From the human T2T-CHM13v2.0 reference genome, Homo sapiens: 64,000 nucleotides of DNA. A program made the position numbers and the translations under genes. The stretch is from assembly GCF_009914755.1 (NCBI RefSeq), contig NC_060947.1, one strand, 5' to 3'. Below, one piece after another: positions 40,920 through 55,814 of the stretch (within the stretch, counting starts at the first letter, position 1; every line of letters begins with the position of its first letter). Below the pieces are notes generated by a model that worked only from the letters and a program-made list of their open reading frames with translations, did not search any database and was not told the origin of the DNA.

Positions 40920-41540
40920 TTAAACATATGGGACATCTTCTAAGTCTTTCTGGCCCCTACCTCCGCCCCTCACTCCCCTCACACCCCGTTGGCCCCTTGG
41001 GGCGAATGGATCCTGTACATCTCTTTGCATCCAATGAAAACCACCCATTTTCTGTTTTTTCCTTAGCTCCTCCTGAGCCCTTGACACATCTCCACATTCT
41101 CTCATCATCTCCTCACTGCTCAGATGCCTTTCTTGTAAGTCCTCCTGAGAGTCCTTGGGGGAATCGTCCGTCCCCCTGTCGGTTTTTCTTTTTGCTTTCC
41201 GGGGCACATAATCTTCAGCCGGGCGCTTTTCGGCGGCCCGCGGCTGGCTCTCTGGCTTGGCCTGGGAGGCTGGCTTGCCCTCACTTTGTGGCTTGTCCTC
41301 ACCTTCAGACTTGCCCTGCTTTTCCTGGTTTCCCTCATCTTCCAGTTGTCCCTCATCACCTGGCTCTCCCTCATCCTCTCGCTTTCCCTCGCATTCTGTC
41401 TTCCCCTCCATGTCCGGCTTTTCTTCCTCGTCTGACTTTCCTTCATCTTCTGTACTTCCCTCATCCTCTGGCTTTCCCTCACTTTCTAGGTTTCTTTCAT
41501 TCTCTGGCTTTCCTTCATTTTCTTTGTAGAGCTTTTCCAT
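40920..41540 (-). CDS. TCEAL5: Transcription elongation factor A-like 5 (206 aa)
   Basis: Intact ORF MEKLYKENEGKPENERNLESEGKPEDEG...RGQKDLEDVPYV with acidic hexapeptide repeats and an RG-rich tail. Of the close paralogs TCEAL3/5/6, length and position next to TCEAL8 fit TCEAL5. Acceptor tttgtctcctag| at 41568/41567. Confidence 0.92.
   Translation of the reverse strand: MEKLYKENEGKPENERNLESEGKPEDEGSTEDEGKSDEEEKPDMEGKTECEGKREDEGEPGDEGQLEDEGNQEKQGKSEGEDKPQSEGKPASQAKPESQPRAAEKRPAEDYVPRKAKRKTDRGTDDSPKDSQEDLQERHLSSEEMMRECGDVSRAQEELRKKQKMGGFHWMQRDVQDPFAPRGQRGVRGVRGGGRGQKDLEDVPYV
41250..41519 (-). repeat. TCEAL5: Degenerate 18-nt (hexapeptide xEGKPE-like) tandem repeat, about 15 units, in the TCEAL5 CDS
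   Basis: NEGKPE/NERNLE/SEGKPE/DEGSTE/DEGKSD/EEEKPD/MEGKTE/CEGKRE/DEGEPG/DEGQLE/DEGNQE/KQGKSE/GEDKPQ/SEGKPA/SQAKPE. Confidence 0.9.
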
Positions 41541-42251
41541 GTTGAGATGTTCCCTTCTTTGCCTTTCCTAGGAGACAAAAAGAAGACACAGGACACTGAG
41601 GGCTTTGGGGGTTGAACACAGGTCCTTATAGTACTTGTCTTTCTTAACTTAGGGTTTTCCTGGCCCTATCCCATCTTCCAGGTGCACTCCCACCCTTACA
41701 TTCCTTCCTTTCCTTTTCACTTTACACATGTTCACACAAGCCAACCTTACAGAAACTTCCACAGGTGCTTCTCCCTACATTTAAGGAGGATGTGCTGAGA
41801 AATGCGTAGGAGCATATTGGCCCTTAAACTTTGCTCTGGCCTTGGCTATGCCTACCCATACCAATTTTAACTGGGTAGTTCCAATTTACACGGACCTGCA
41901 GAAATCCTGGGCAGTTTTCTTCTTTTTCCCCTTGCATGCAGTTGTAAGACTTATAAAACTGCAGACAGAACAGAACCATAGCCAGTTCTCAGATTTCAGG
42001 GCTACCCTTATGTCCTCAGGGGGCATCACAGATGCTACACCTCCATTCTCTTACTTTCTTATTCTCCCCTCTATCCTCACCAGCCATAGATCACCATATC
42101 CCCTTAGGGTCTTGACAGCAGTCATGTATCCCGAAACTGCAAGAGGGAGGATTGGAGGAGGGGTGGCAGGCAGTGGCCTCCCCAACTTCTGCTCTGGCTT
42201 AAGTTACTCCTACTCCCAAGGGTCCTGGTGCAGTAGCCCTCTCCCACTGAC

Positions 42252-42319
42252 CTGCACCGATACTGCAGGTCTTTCCTTTTCTTGTCTGGGTTAGTGCCCA
42301 CAACCACAGACTTGAAGAC
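42252..42319 (-). other. TCEAL5: Predicted TCEAL5 non-coding exon 2
   Basis: Acceptor cttgtctttctgcag| and donor cag|gtcagt. Confidence 0.7.
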
Positions 42320-43649
42320 CTGCAGAAAGACAAGAAACAGGTGGGTGAATGAGAAATTGAGAAAGTGAATGACTGGTAACTTGGACACTGGTTCTTTGGG
42401 ACCGTATTTGTCAAAACTTTCCGAGCTCCTATCACCTCCTCGCCTTTTCCCTTGCATTCTCTGATTCCCCCTCCGCGCGCAGCTCTTTCTTAAGAGCCTC
42501 CATTGTTCTACTTGTGGGAAATAGGCGAGAAAGATTATTTCCAAAGCGTTTCTATGTTTCTGAATCTTCCTCCCAAATTTTTATCTCACTTTTCTGGCAC
42601 GAAAATGAGTAGGGTTAGAGACAAGGATGTTCTGAAGACAGAGTGTTCTGATGCACTCAGATCTCTACATTCCAAATCCCTCACCCTAGGGTAGCCAAAT
42701 AGCAGAGCCCACCACTTCTCTGAAAATGGTGATGACAGAGATAGGGGGCAGGGCAGAAATGTCCAAAACACTCCTGCCACCTCCTCCCTCCCCACATACA
42801 CAGAAAGCCCACATTTTTCTGCAATGCAAGAGACAAATTATTTCCAAACCCGGTAACATTTTTGGTCTTGCTGCTACCTCATCTCAATCCTCCTATTTCA
42901 GAAGCCACTCCTCCTGGATAGGGAGCTGATCCCCAGATCAAACCTCTGTCTCCCTTTTTCTACAGCACCTCCTTCCCCTGACCCCCTTAGCCCACCGTTT
43001 CCGGCTCCAAAATGGAGGGAGGTTGGAGAAAAGACACAGGGAACTCAGGCCTGGACCCGTTGCAGGGTCCGCCCTCAGCAGCCTGGGGTCACTGACTGTG
43101 CCCGCCTCCCGCTGCCTTGCAGGGATCAGGCCGTTTTCTCGCCGTTTCGTCGCTGTTCTCTTCCCTGGTCCTCCTCCTCCTCCATCAGACATCACCCGGT
43201 CGCCGGCTTCCTAGGAGTTCCCAACTGGTACCCAATTCTCAACCCTTGACCTCTCTCGAGTTCCGCCCCCCTCCCCCCTCCCCGCCCCGCACCAAGCCCT
43301 CCATTTCTTGCACCAAATGAGTGAGCATCGGGAAAGGAGTGGAGAGAATCCAGTCCTGGACCCGCTCTGGTCTTTGCCCTCTGCCATCCCAACCACAGGG
43401 ATCCACAGGCTGTGGATGGGTTCGTAGCCATCTCGGGGAAATGACTCTTTCTCACATTTCCTTCTGCCAGAAGCCTGCACTTCTCCAGGGAAATAAAAGC
43501 TGGTACCCATACCTCTTGCCCAACACAAAAAAATTTCTGCGCCAAAATGAATGGGGGTGGAACAGGGCGGTATCTAGAAAGCAGATCCGATCCTCTGTAG
43601 CCTATGTGCATTACCATCCCTACCTCAGGGGTCCCCGGCTTGTACCGAC

Positions 43650-43750
43650 CTGCAGGGCTGTAGGGCAGTTGCCTTCTCTGTCCTTCAGTCTGAAGTCTGC
43701 CTTCCTCCACGGAAACAGGGATCTGGTACCTGGAGGAGAGGGACTTCTGC
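43650..43750 (-). other. TCEAL5: Predicted TCEAL5 non-coding exon 1 (TSS approximate)
   Basis: Donor cag|gtcggt at 43650/43649, immediately downstream of the conserved promoter motif. Confidence 0.6.
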
Positions 43751-43965
43751 ACACGTCGGCTTCAGATCACGTGAGAAAAACGTCACCAGTGGGCTCGGGT
43801 CCCTAGTTCCCCTCCCACCCGCAGAAAGTGCGTCAGGAGCCAGCCCACTTCTTCCCTTCACTAGTCTGTCCGTCTGAGCGCCCTCAGCACCCCCAACCCC
43901 GGCTTAGCTCTCTCTCTCGCCCCACAGCACGGGGCCCTGTCACTCATTTTGGTCTTTGCTAATCC
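43741..43965 (-). promoter_or_regulatory. TCEAL5 promoter with a TCACGTGA E-box
   Basis: ggacttctgcacacgtcggcttcagatcacgtgag (CACGTG 43768-43773), homologous to TCEAL8 22132-22166. Confidence 0.75.
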
Positions 43966-44504
43966 CACAGGTCAAATGTGGCCCTTTCTCTGTGTAGTAT
44001 GTATTTATTCTTCCGTGGTTATCAGGGAGGGACCGCACCTTCTTCTAGAGCTATTGGCCATTGGTACATCTCAGAGGAATTTTTTTTCTTTCTCTCCTTT
44101 TATCCGAAGGCACCTACTCGATCTAATTCTACACGCAGCCACTGATGTTCATTCTGCCTGTGAACCAGACCTTCTCATAATGGGTACAAGGTGGATTGTC
44201 AAGTAGGGACACAAGTAGTTAAAATAGGGGTTTTATTTTTTTAAATTTTTTTGATCTTATTTAATTCACTCTCCTCAGCATGGGTTATTCTTATAAGCAC
44301 AAAATTAAATAAAGCTATTTCATTTATGAGAAAGTGTTTAAGAGAGAGAAAAACTTAAAAGATTTCAAAATTTTCTACTCAGAAGAGAGACCAAATTAGG
44401 TTCATAATATTAACTTTTGCCATATACACAAGGAATTCAATTGGCAACAAGCAAAATATACATTAGAAATTTTTCATAAATAGCTGGTTCTCTCACGTTC
44501 TATT

Positions 44505-44506
<2 letters not shown>

Positions 44507-44557
<51 letters not shown>
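44507..44557. repeat. (CA)n microsatellite
   Basis: About 25 CA units. Confidence 0.95.
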
Positions 44558-44558
<1 letters not shown>

Positions 44559-45804
44559 TTAATGTTCCCAAACGATTACTGAGTGCTAAATAGACTTGCT
44601 GGAATCTGATGGTTGAAAGAAAATTCAAAAATGTCTCTTTAAAAAATTTGGCTCATGGCTATTTTCATTCAAATGTTTAGCTCTAGGGGAAGGGAAGAGC
44701 TGTGAGACCAAGGCTGCAGGAGATGTGAAGGATGCAGAAATGGTCCTATCCTCCCTGCCCTGCCAAGATCAGGGGAAGGTGTTCTTCTCCACCCCCTCAT
44801 ATTCTAGAATTTCTCATCCCCTGCATTTCTCATCCCCAGGCACATGACTCTGTTGCTCAAGAGTCATCTGTCCAAGAATATAACTGGACAGGTGACCAAG
44901 GTGGTGATATGAGTAAATGCCTTTGGCTCCTTCCCTCCTCCCTCCCCCTAATTCCCACAGGGATAACCCAGCCCCAGCACAGAGTGGAGCATTGTTCATG
45001 CCTCTAGAAAACTAGAACAGATCTCTTCTAGACCCTTGCAGCTGAGGGTGTTCATGAGGCCTGAAGTGATTGCTGGGGTAGAGTCCCCTGCAACCTGCCT
45101 GCTCTCTGCCCTTATTCACAGTGCCTGAGTGGAAGCCTCCCTAGACCCTGTCTGTTACCTCCCGCCTAGCCTAAAAAGTGCAGTCTGGCGGGCCTCTCAC
45201 CCCCAAACTCTGTATCTTCAGGGAACCCAGAGGGAGCCTAACCTTGCTGCAGGATTGCTGCCTGCCAGTCCATACTAACCTATGACTGTCTCAGCAAATT
45301 TAGGCCAGTGTCTAAGGAGTTCTGCCATGCTGTCCATATTGACCTAGACCAAGTATTCCCAATTGATGAAGTCTGTGGGCCACCTGAAAGGGCATGTAAA
45401 ATTGCATATGTTTAGGAAGTAGTGGAGTATGCACACTCTTGTGAGAAGAAGATCTGTACCCTAGGAGCCTGAATAGTGTTTTGTTCTATTTGCACACCCC
45501 ATTCTGTTTATCCATCATATGTTGATGAATATTTAGGCATTTTCATCTTTTAGCTGTTATAAATAATGCTGCCATATACAATCACGTATAAGTTTTTGTG
45601 TGGATGTATGTTTTTATTTTATATAAGCAAGTTGACATCATGAAAAAGAGGAAACCATAAAGGACAGAAAGAAGAAGAAGCTACTTGACAAAGAGATAAG
45701 AAGGGGAAGACACAAATAGCAGCTGAGCCATGTTAAAGAGAGCTCATCTATTCCTTGGGTTCAGGCATTATTAAACTATGAATCCCCTAAAATTATGTTC
45801 AAAC

Positions 45805-45806
<2 letters not shown>

Positions 45807-45840
<34 letters not shown>

Positions 45841-46123
45841 TCGTGGTTTCACTCTGTTGTCCAGACTAGAGTCCAGTGGTGCATTTATAGTTCACTGTAG
45901 CCTTCAACTCCTGGGCTAAAGGGATCTTCTCACCTCAGCCTTCTGAGTAACTGGGACTACTGGTGCACGCCACAACTCCCAGCTAATTTCTTTAAATTTT
46001 TGTACAGACAGTGTCTCCCTACATTGCCCAGGTTGGTCTCCAATTCTTGACCTCAAGTGAGCCCCCTGCCTCAGCCTCCCGAAGCACTGGGATTACAGGC
46101 ATGAGCTGCCGCACCCAGGCTGG
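45807..46123 (-). mobile_element. AluJ-like element whose tail has become (TG)n
   Basis: (TG)n at 45807-45839, then a diverged reverse Alu (ctcctgggctaaagggatcttctcacctcagcc...). Confidence 0.85.
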
Positions 46124-46269
46124 ATATATACATTTTTATTGTATGTGCACATTTGCTGAGAATAGGTTCCGTTGCTCTCATTAGATGTTCAAAGGGGTAT
46201 GTAATATTAAAAAGATGAAGGCCATTGACCCAAAGAATATACTTCTGTATACATTTTTTTCAAATCGTG

Positions 46270-48522
46270 CTATCTTTATTCTCTATTTAAAAGAGAAATT
46301 CACATAACATAGAATTAACCATTTTAAAGTGTACAGTTCAGTGACATGTATAGTACACTCAAAATATTGTGTAACCATCCCCTCTATTTAGTTCCAAAAC
46401 AGTTTCATCAATCTGAAAAGAGACCCCATACCCATTAAGCAGTCATTCTCAATTCCCTTTTCCCCCTAGTCCCTAGCAATGACTTATCTGCTTTCCATCT
46501 TTATGAACTTACCTATTCTAGATATTTCCCATAAATGGAATTGTACAATATGTGACCTTTTGTGTCTGGCTTCTTTCACTTAGCATAATGTTTTCAAGGT
46601 TCATCTACATTGTAGCATGTGCAATACTTCATTCCTTTTTATGAATTAATATTTCATTTTATGTGCATACCACACTCTGTTTATCCATTTGTATGTTGAT
46701 AGATATTTGGATTGTTTTTGCCTTTTGGCTGTTATAAATAATGCTACCATAAACAATTATGTATAAGTTTTTGTGTGGGTGTATGTCTTTACTTCTCTTG
46801 CATATATAGCTAGGAGTGTAATCATTGGGTCATATGGTAATTCTATGTTTAAATTTTTGAGAAACCGCCAAACTGTGTTCCACAGTAACTGCAACATTTT
46901 GCATTCCTATCAGCAAGACTCCAATTTTACCATATCCTTGCAAACAATTGTTAATTTCTATTTTTTATGTTTATCATCCTAGTGGGAGAGAAGTGGTTTT
47001 GATTTGCATTTTCTTAATGACCCATGATGTTGAGTATCTTTTCTTGGGTTTGTTGGATATTCGTATATTTCCTTTGGAGAAATATCTATTCAAGTGCTTT
47101 GCCAATTTTTATTTTTTATTTTTTAAATTTTATGTTAGGTTTGGGGACACATGTGCAGGTTTGTTTCATAGGTAAATTGCATGTCACAGGGGCTTGGTAT
47201 ACACTTTATTTCATCAGCCAAATAATAATCATAGTACCTAATATGTAGTTTTTTAATCCTCATCCTCCTCCCATCCTCCACCCTCAAGTAGGTCCCAATA
47301 TCTATTGTTCCCTTCTTTGTGTTCAGGAGTTCTCATCATTTAGCTCCCACTTGTAAGTGAGAACATCTGGTATTTGGTTTTCTGTTCCTGCATTAGTTTG
47401 CTGAGGATAATAGCCTCCAGCTCCATCCATATTCCTGCAAAATACATGATCTTGTTCTTTTTTTATGGTTGCATAGTATTCCGTGATGTATATGTACTAT
47501 ATTTTCTTTATCCAATCTGTCATTGATGGACATTTAGGTTGATTCCATGTCTTTGCTATTGTGAATAGTGCTGCAGTGAACATTCGTGTGTATATGCCTT
47601 TATGGTAGAATGATTTACATTCCTCTGGGTGTATACCCAGTAATGGAATTGCTGGGTCAAATGGTAGTTCTGTTTTTAACTCTTACGGGAATCGACACAC
47701 TGCTTTCCACAGTGATATTGAGCTTGCATGTATGTCTTCTTTTGAAGTGTCTGTTCATGTCCTTTGCCCACTTTTTAATGGGGTTGTTTTTCCTCTTGCA
47801 AATTTGTTTAAGTCCCTTATACTTGCTCGATATTAGACCTTTGTCAGATGCATAGTTTGCTAATATTTTCTCCCATTCTGTAGGTTGTCTGTTTATTCTG
47901 TTGATAGTTTCTTTTGCCATACACAAGCTCCTATGTTTAATTAAATCTCGTTTGTCAATTTTTGCTCTTGATGCAATTGCTTTTGGTGTCTTTGTCATGA
48001 CACCTGTGCCCATTTCTATGTCCAGGATGGTGTTGTCTAGGTTGTCTTCCAGGGTTTTTATAGTTTTGGGTTTTACATTTAAGTCTTTAATCCATCTTGA
48101 GTTGATTTTTGTATATGTTGTAAGGAAGCAGGGATCCAGTCTCAATCTTCTGCATATCCTTACCCATTTTTTAATTAGGTTGTTTGGCTTTTTGTTGTTG
48201 AGTTGTAATAGTTCTTATATATTCTGGATATTAGTTCCTTATTTGATATATGGTTTGTAGATATTTCCTCCCATTCTATAGGTTCTCTTTCACTTTCTTA
48301 ATAGTGTCCTTTTATGCACAAAAGTTTTTCATTTTGAAGAAGTCCAATTCATCTATTTTTCTTTTGTTGTTCATGGTTTTGGTGTCATATCTAAAAATTT
48401 ATTGCCAAATCCAAGGTCATGAAGATTTACCCCTTTGCTTTCTTCTAAGGGTTTCATAGTTTTAGCTCTTGCATTTAGGTTTTTGATTCATTTTGAGTTA
48501 ATTTTTATATGGTGTAATTTAG
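46270..48522 (-). mobile_element. L1MB-like fragment with a nested older L1PA/PB 3' piece (about 47105-48155)
   Basis: Reverse L1 3' motifs. The ORF at 47657-48145 (-) translates to L1 ORF2 ([23 protein letters not shown]...). Confidence 0.8.
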
Positions 48523-48525
48523 GGT

Positions 48526-48985
48526 TGTTTTATAAGATTTTAAGATTATTTTGATGGCAGGACACAACACACGGTCACTTGGAAAAATGAAAGGAAGAAC
48601 TTTTGTTACTTATGGCTCCAAACTAGAGAAGGCTACCAGGCAAGACCACACAGGGGGTTGCATCTGGGTAACAGCAAATTGGAGCTGTAAGGAGCAGCTT
48701 ACTTATGGCAAGTGGGGTGGGATTAGCTAGGTTTCACTGGCTCCCTGAGTAATGGCTAACTTGAATAATTTCTCAGGCTCCAGGGTATAAGGGCTGTCCC
48801 TAGCTGTCTATACCTGGCCCCTAGGTGGATAGGGCTGGTCTGAAGCGGCCCAAAGCGTGAACACCTGATAAGTGAAGTGGATAGAGTGTGGAGTTGATCA
48901 GCAGCCCAAGAAGGGGAACTGACAGGCCTCTAACCAGGGCCTCAACAATAGGCCACGACAGCATTAATATAAAAAATACATTACA
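48526..48985 (-). mobile_element. ERVL LTR (MER54/MER73/MER74-type), probably a 3' LTR
   Basis: On -, starts TGTAATG and ends TTATAAAACA, preceded by a purine-rich PPT-like 'aaggagtaaat'. The internal 'gggccaggta...ctagggacagccc' resembles this LTR group (from memory). Confidence 0.6.
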
Positions 48986-50516
48986 ATTTACTCCTTGATG
49001 TCTTGACATCCATTTTGAGCTCGATTATTTAGAGCATTTGATTGGCCTGAAGTGTAGAGGAGATATTCAGAGACTAGGGCAAAAGTTGCCCTAAACAGCA
49101 TAAAAAACATTTTATTATGAAAGTAAACAGGAGGAAAATATGTGGAAGTATTAAGAAGTTTTTGTCAGCCAGTCATAACAAAGTTTCCTATTTATATGCC
49201 ATTAGGCAAGAACATAGATCTGAAATTTTCAGGATCCCTAACAACATCTTTAGTGGCATTGTAAAGTGGGCTTTAAACATAAATTATATATATTTTATTA
49301 TAATAATATTTTGGTGTATTAATTAGGTCAAGGTGACAGGGCCAGTAATGTTGTTGGAGGATATGAATTAATAGTTTAGTAAAATATATGTAAAGGTTAG
49401 TGATATTGTTTGTAAAAGGCATAGATGATCATGGTTGAAAATATAGGGCAAAATATAGTGATAGAAAGTTGGATGGTGGAGGGGTGGAGCCAAGATGGCC
49501 GAATAGGAACAGCTCCAGTCTACAGCTCCCAGCATGAGCGACGCAGAAGACAAATAGACAAATGATTTCTGCATTTCCAACTGAGGTACTGGGTGCATCT
49601 CACTGGGGATCGTCAGACAGTGGGTGCAGGACAGTGGGTGCAGTGCACCGAGCCTGAGCCAAAGCAGGGCGAGGCATCGCCTCACCAGGGAAGCACAAGG
49701 GGTCGGGGAATTCCCTTTCCTAGCCAAGGAAAGGGGTGACAGACAGCACCTGGAAAATCGGGTCACTCCAACCCTAATACTGCCCTTTTCCGATGGTCTT
49801 AGCAAACGGCACACCAGGAGATTATATCCCATGCGTGGCTTGGAGTATCCTACGCCCACGGAGCCTCGCTCATTGCTAGCACAGCAGTCTGAGATCGAAC
49901 TGCAAGGTGGCAGCGAGGCTGGGGGAGGGGCACCCGCCATTGCCAAGGCTTGAGTAGGTAAACAAAGCAGCCAGGAAGCTCGAACTGGGTGGAGCCCACC
50001 GCAGCACAAGGAGGCCTGCCTGCCTCTGTAGACTCCACCTCTGGGGGCAGGGCATAGACAAACAAAAGGCAGCAGAAACCTCTGAAGACTTAAATGTCCG
50101 TGTCTGACAGCTTTGAAGAGAGTAGGGGGTTCTCCCAGCACACAGCTTGAGACCTGAGAACGGACAGACTGCCTCCTCAAGTGGGTCCCTGACCTTTGAG
50201 TAGCCTAACTGGGAGGCACCCCCCAGTAGGCGCGGACTGACATCTCACACCGCCGGGTACTCCTCTGAGACAAAACTTCCAGAGGAATGATCGGGCAGCA
50301 ACATTTGCTGTTCACCAATATCCACTGTTCTGCAGCCTCCGTGGCTGATACCCAGGCAAACAGGGTCTGGAGTGGACCTCTGGCAAACTCCAACAGACCT
50401 GCAGCTGAGGGTCCTGACTGTTAGAAGGAAAACTAACAAACAGAAAGGACATCCACACCAAAACCCCATCTGTACATCACCATCATCAAAGACCAAAGGT
50501 AGATAAAACCACAAAG

Positions 50517-51532
50517 ATGGGGAAAAAACAGAGCAGAAAAACTGAAAAATTTAAAAATCAGAGCGCCTCTCCTCCTCCAAAGGAACGCAGCTCCTCACCA
50601 GCAACAGAACAAAGCTGGATGGAGCATGACTTTGACGAGTTCAGAGAAGAAGGCTTCAGATGATCAAACTACTCTGAGCTAAAGGAGGAAGTTTGAACCC
50701 ATGGCAAAGAAGTTAAAAACCTTGAAAAAAGATTAGACGAATGGCTAACTAGAATAACCAATGCAGAGGAGTCCTTAAAGGACCTGATGGAGCTGAAAAC
50801 CACAGCACAAGAAATACGTGATGAATGCACAAGCCTCAGTAGCAGATTCGATCAACTGGAAGAAAGGGTATCAGTGATGGAAGATCAAATGAATGAAATG
50901 AAGCAAGAAGAGAAGTTTAGAGAAGAAAGAATAAAAAGAAATGAACATAGCCTCCAAGAAATATAGGACTATGTGAAAAGACCAAATCTATGTCTGATTG
51001 GTGTACCTGAAAGTGACGGGGAGAATGGAACCAAGTTGGAAAACACTCTGCAGGATATTATCCAGGAGAACTTCCCCAATCTAGCAAGGCAGGCCAACAT
51101 TCAAATTCAGGAAATACAGAGGACGCCACAAAGATACTCCTGGAGAAGAGCAACTCCAAGACACATAATTACCAGATTCACCAAAGTTGAAATGAAGGAA
51201 AAAATGTTAAGGGCAACCAGAGAGAAAGGTCGGGTTACCCACAAAGGGAAGCCCATCAGACTAACAGCTGATCTCTCGGCAGAAACTCTACAAGCCAGAA
51301 GAGAGTCAGGGCCAATATTCAACATTCTTAAAGAAAAGAATTTTCAACCCAGAATTTCATATCCAGCCAAACTAAGCTTCATAAGTGAAGGAGAAATAAA
51401 ATACTTTACAGACAAGCAAATGCTGAGAGATTTTGTCACCACCAGGTCTGCCTTAAAGAGCTCCTGAAGGAAGCACTAAACATGGAGAGGAAGAACCTGT
51501 ACCAGCCACTACAAAAACATGCCAAATTGTAA
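50517..51532 (+). pseudogene. L1 ORF1 (disrupted)
   Basis: Starts ATG GGG AAA AAA CAG at 50517, with a premature TGA at 50661 and a late frameshift. The ORF at 50973-51467 is ORF1p RRM/CTD sequence (RPNL.LIGVPESDGENG...ISYPAKLSF). Confidence 0.93.
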
Positions 51533-51595
51533 AGGCCATTGAGGCTAGGAAGAAACTGCATCAACTAACAAGCAAAATAACCAGCTAACATTATA

Positions 51596-55414
<3,819 letters not shown>

Positions 55415-55690
55415 ACAATGAGAACACATGGACACAGGAAGGGGAACATCACACACTGGGGCCTGTTGTGGGTTGGGGGGAGGGGAGAGGGATAGCATTA
55501 GGAGATACACCTAATGTTAAATGACGAGTTAATGGGTGCAGCACACCAACATGGCACATGTATATATATATGTAACAAACCTGCACGTTGTGCACATGTA
55601 CCCTAAAACTTAAAGTGTAATTAAAAAAATAAATAAATAAAAATAAATAAAATTTTTGTTTGGATCAAAAAAAAAAAGTTGGACGGGGGA

Positions 55691-55808
55691 GGCCCAGTGC
55701 TCCTGCCATAATCCCAGCACTTTGGGAGGCCAAGGCAGGAGGATCACTTGAGGCCAGGAGTTCAAGACCAGCCTGAGCAACATAGCAAGACACCATCTCT
55801 ACAAAAAT
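55691..55808 (+). mobile_element. FLAM/Alu left monomer
   Basis: taatcccagcactttgggaggccaaggcaggaggatcacttgaggccaggagttcaagaccagcc...ctctacaaaaa, with no right arm. Confidence 0.8.
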
Positions 55809-55814
55809 TTTAAA

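Noticed and set aside
41120-41482. 120-aa alternative-frame ORF inside TCEAL5
   Set aside because: It starts at GTG and simply reflects the T-poor 18-nt repeat read in another frame.
40928-41545. 205-aa antisense ORF mirroring TCEAL5 (also 20643-20984 opposite TCEAL8)
   Set aside because: Expected by-product of purine-rich, repetitive sense CDSs that lack reverse stop codons. The product is low-complexity Pro/Leu/Phe/Ser with no independent gene signals.
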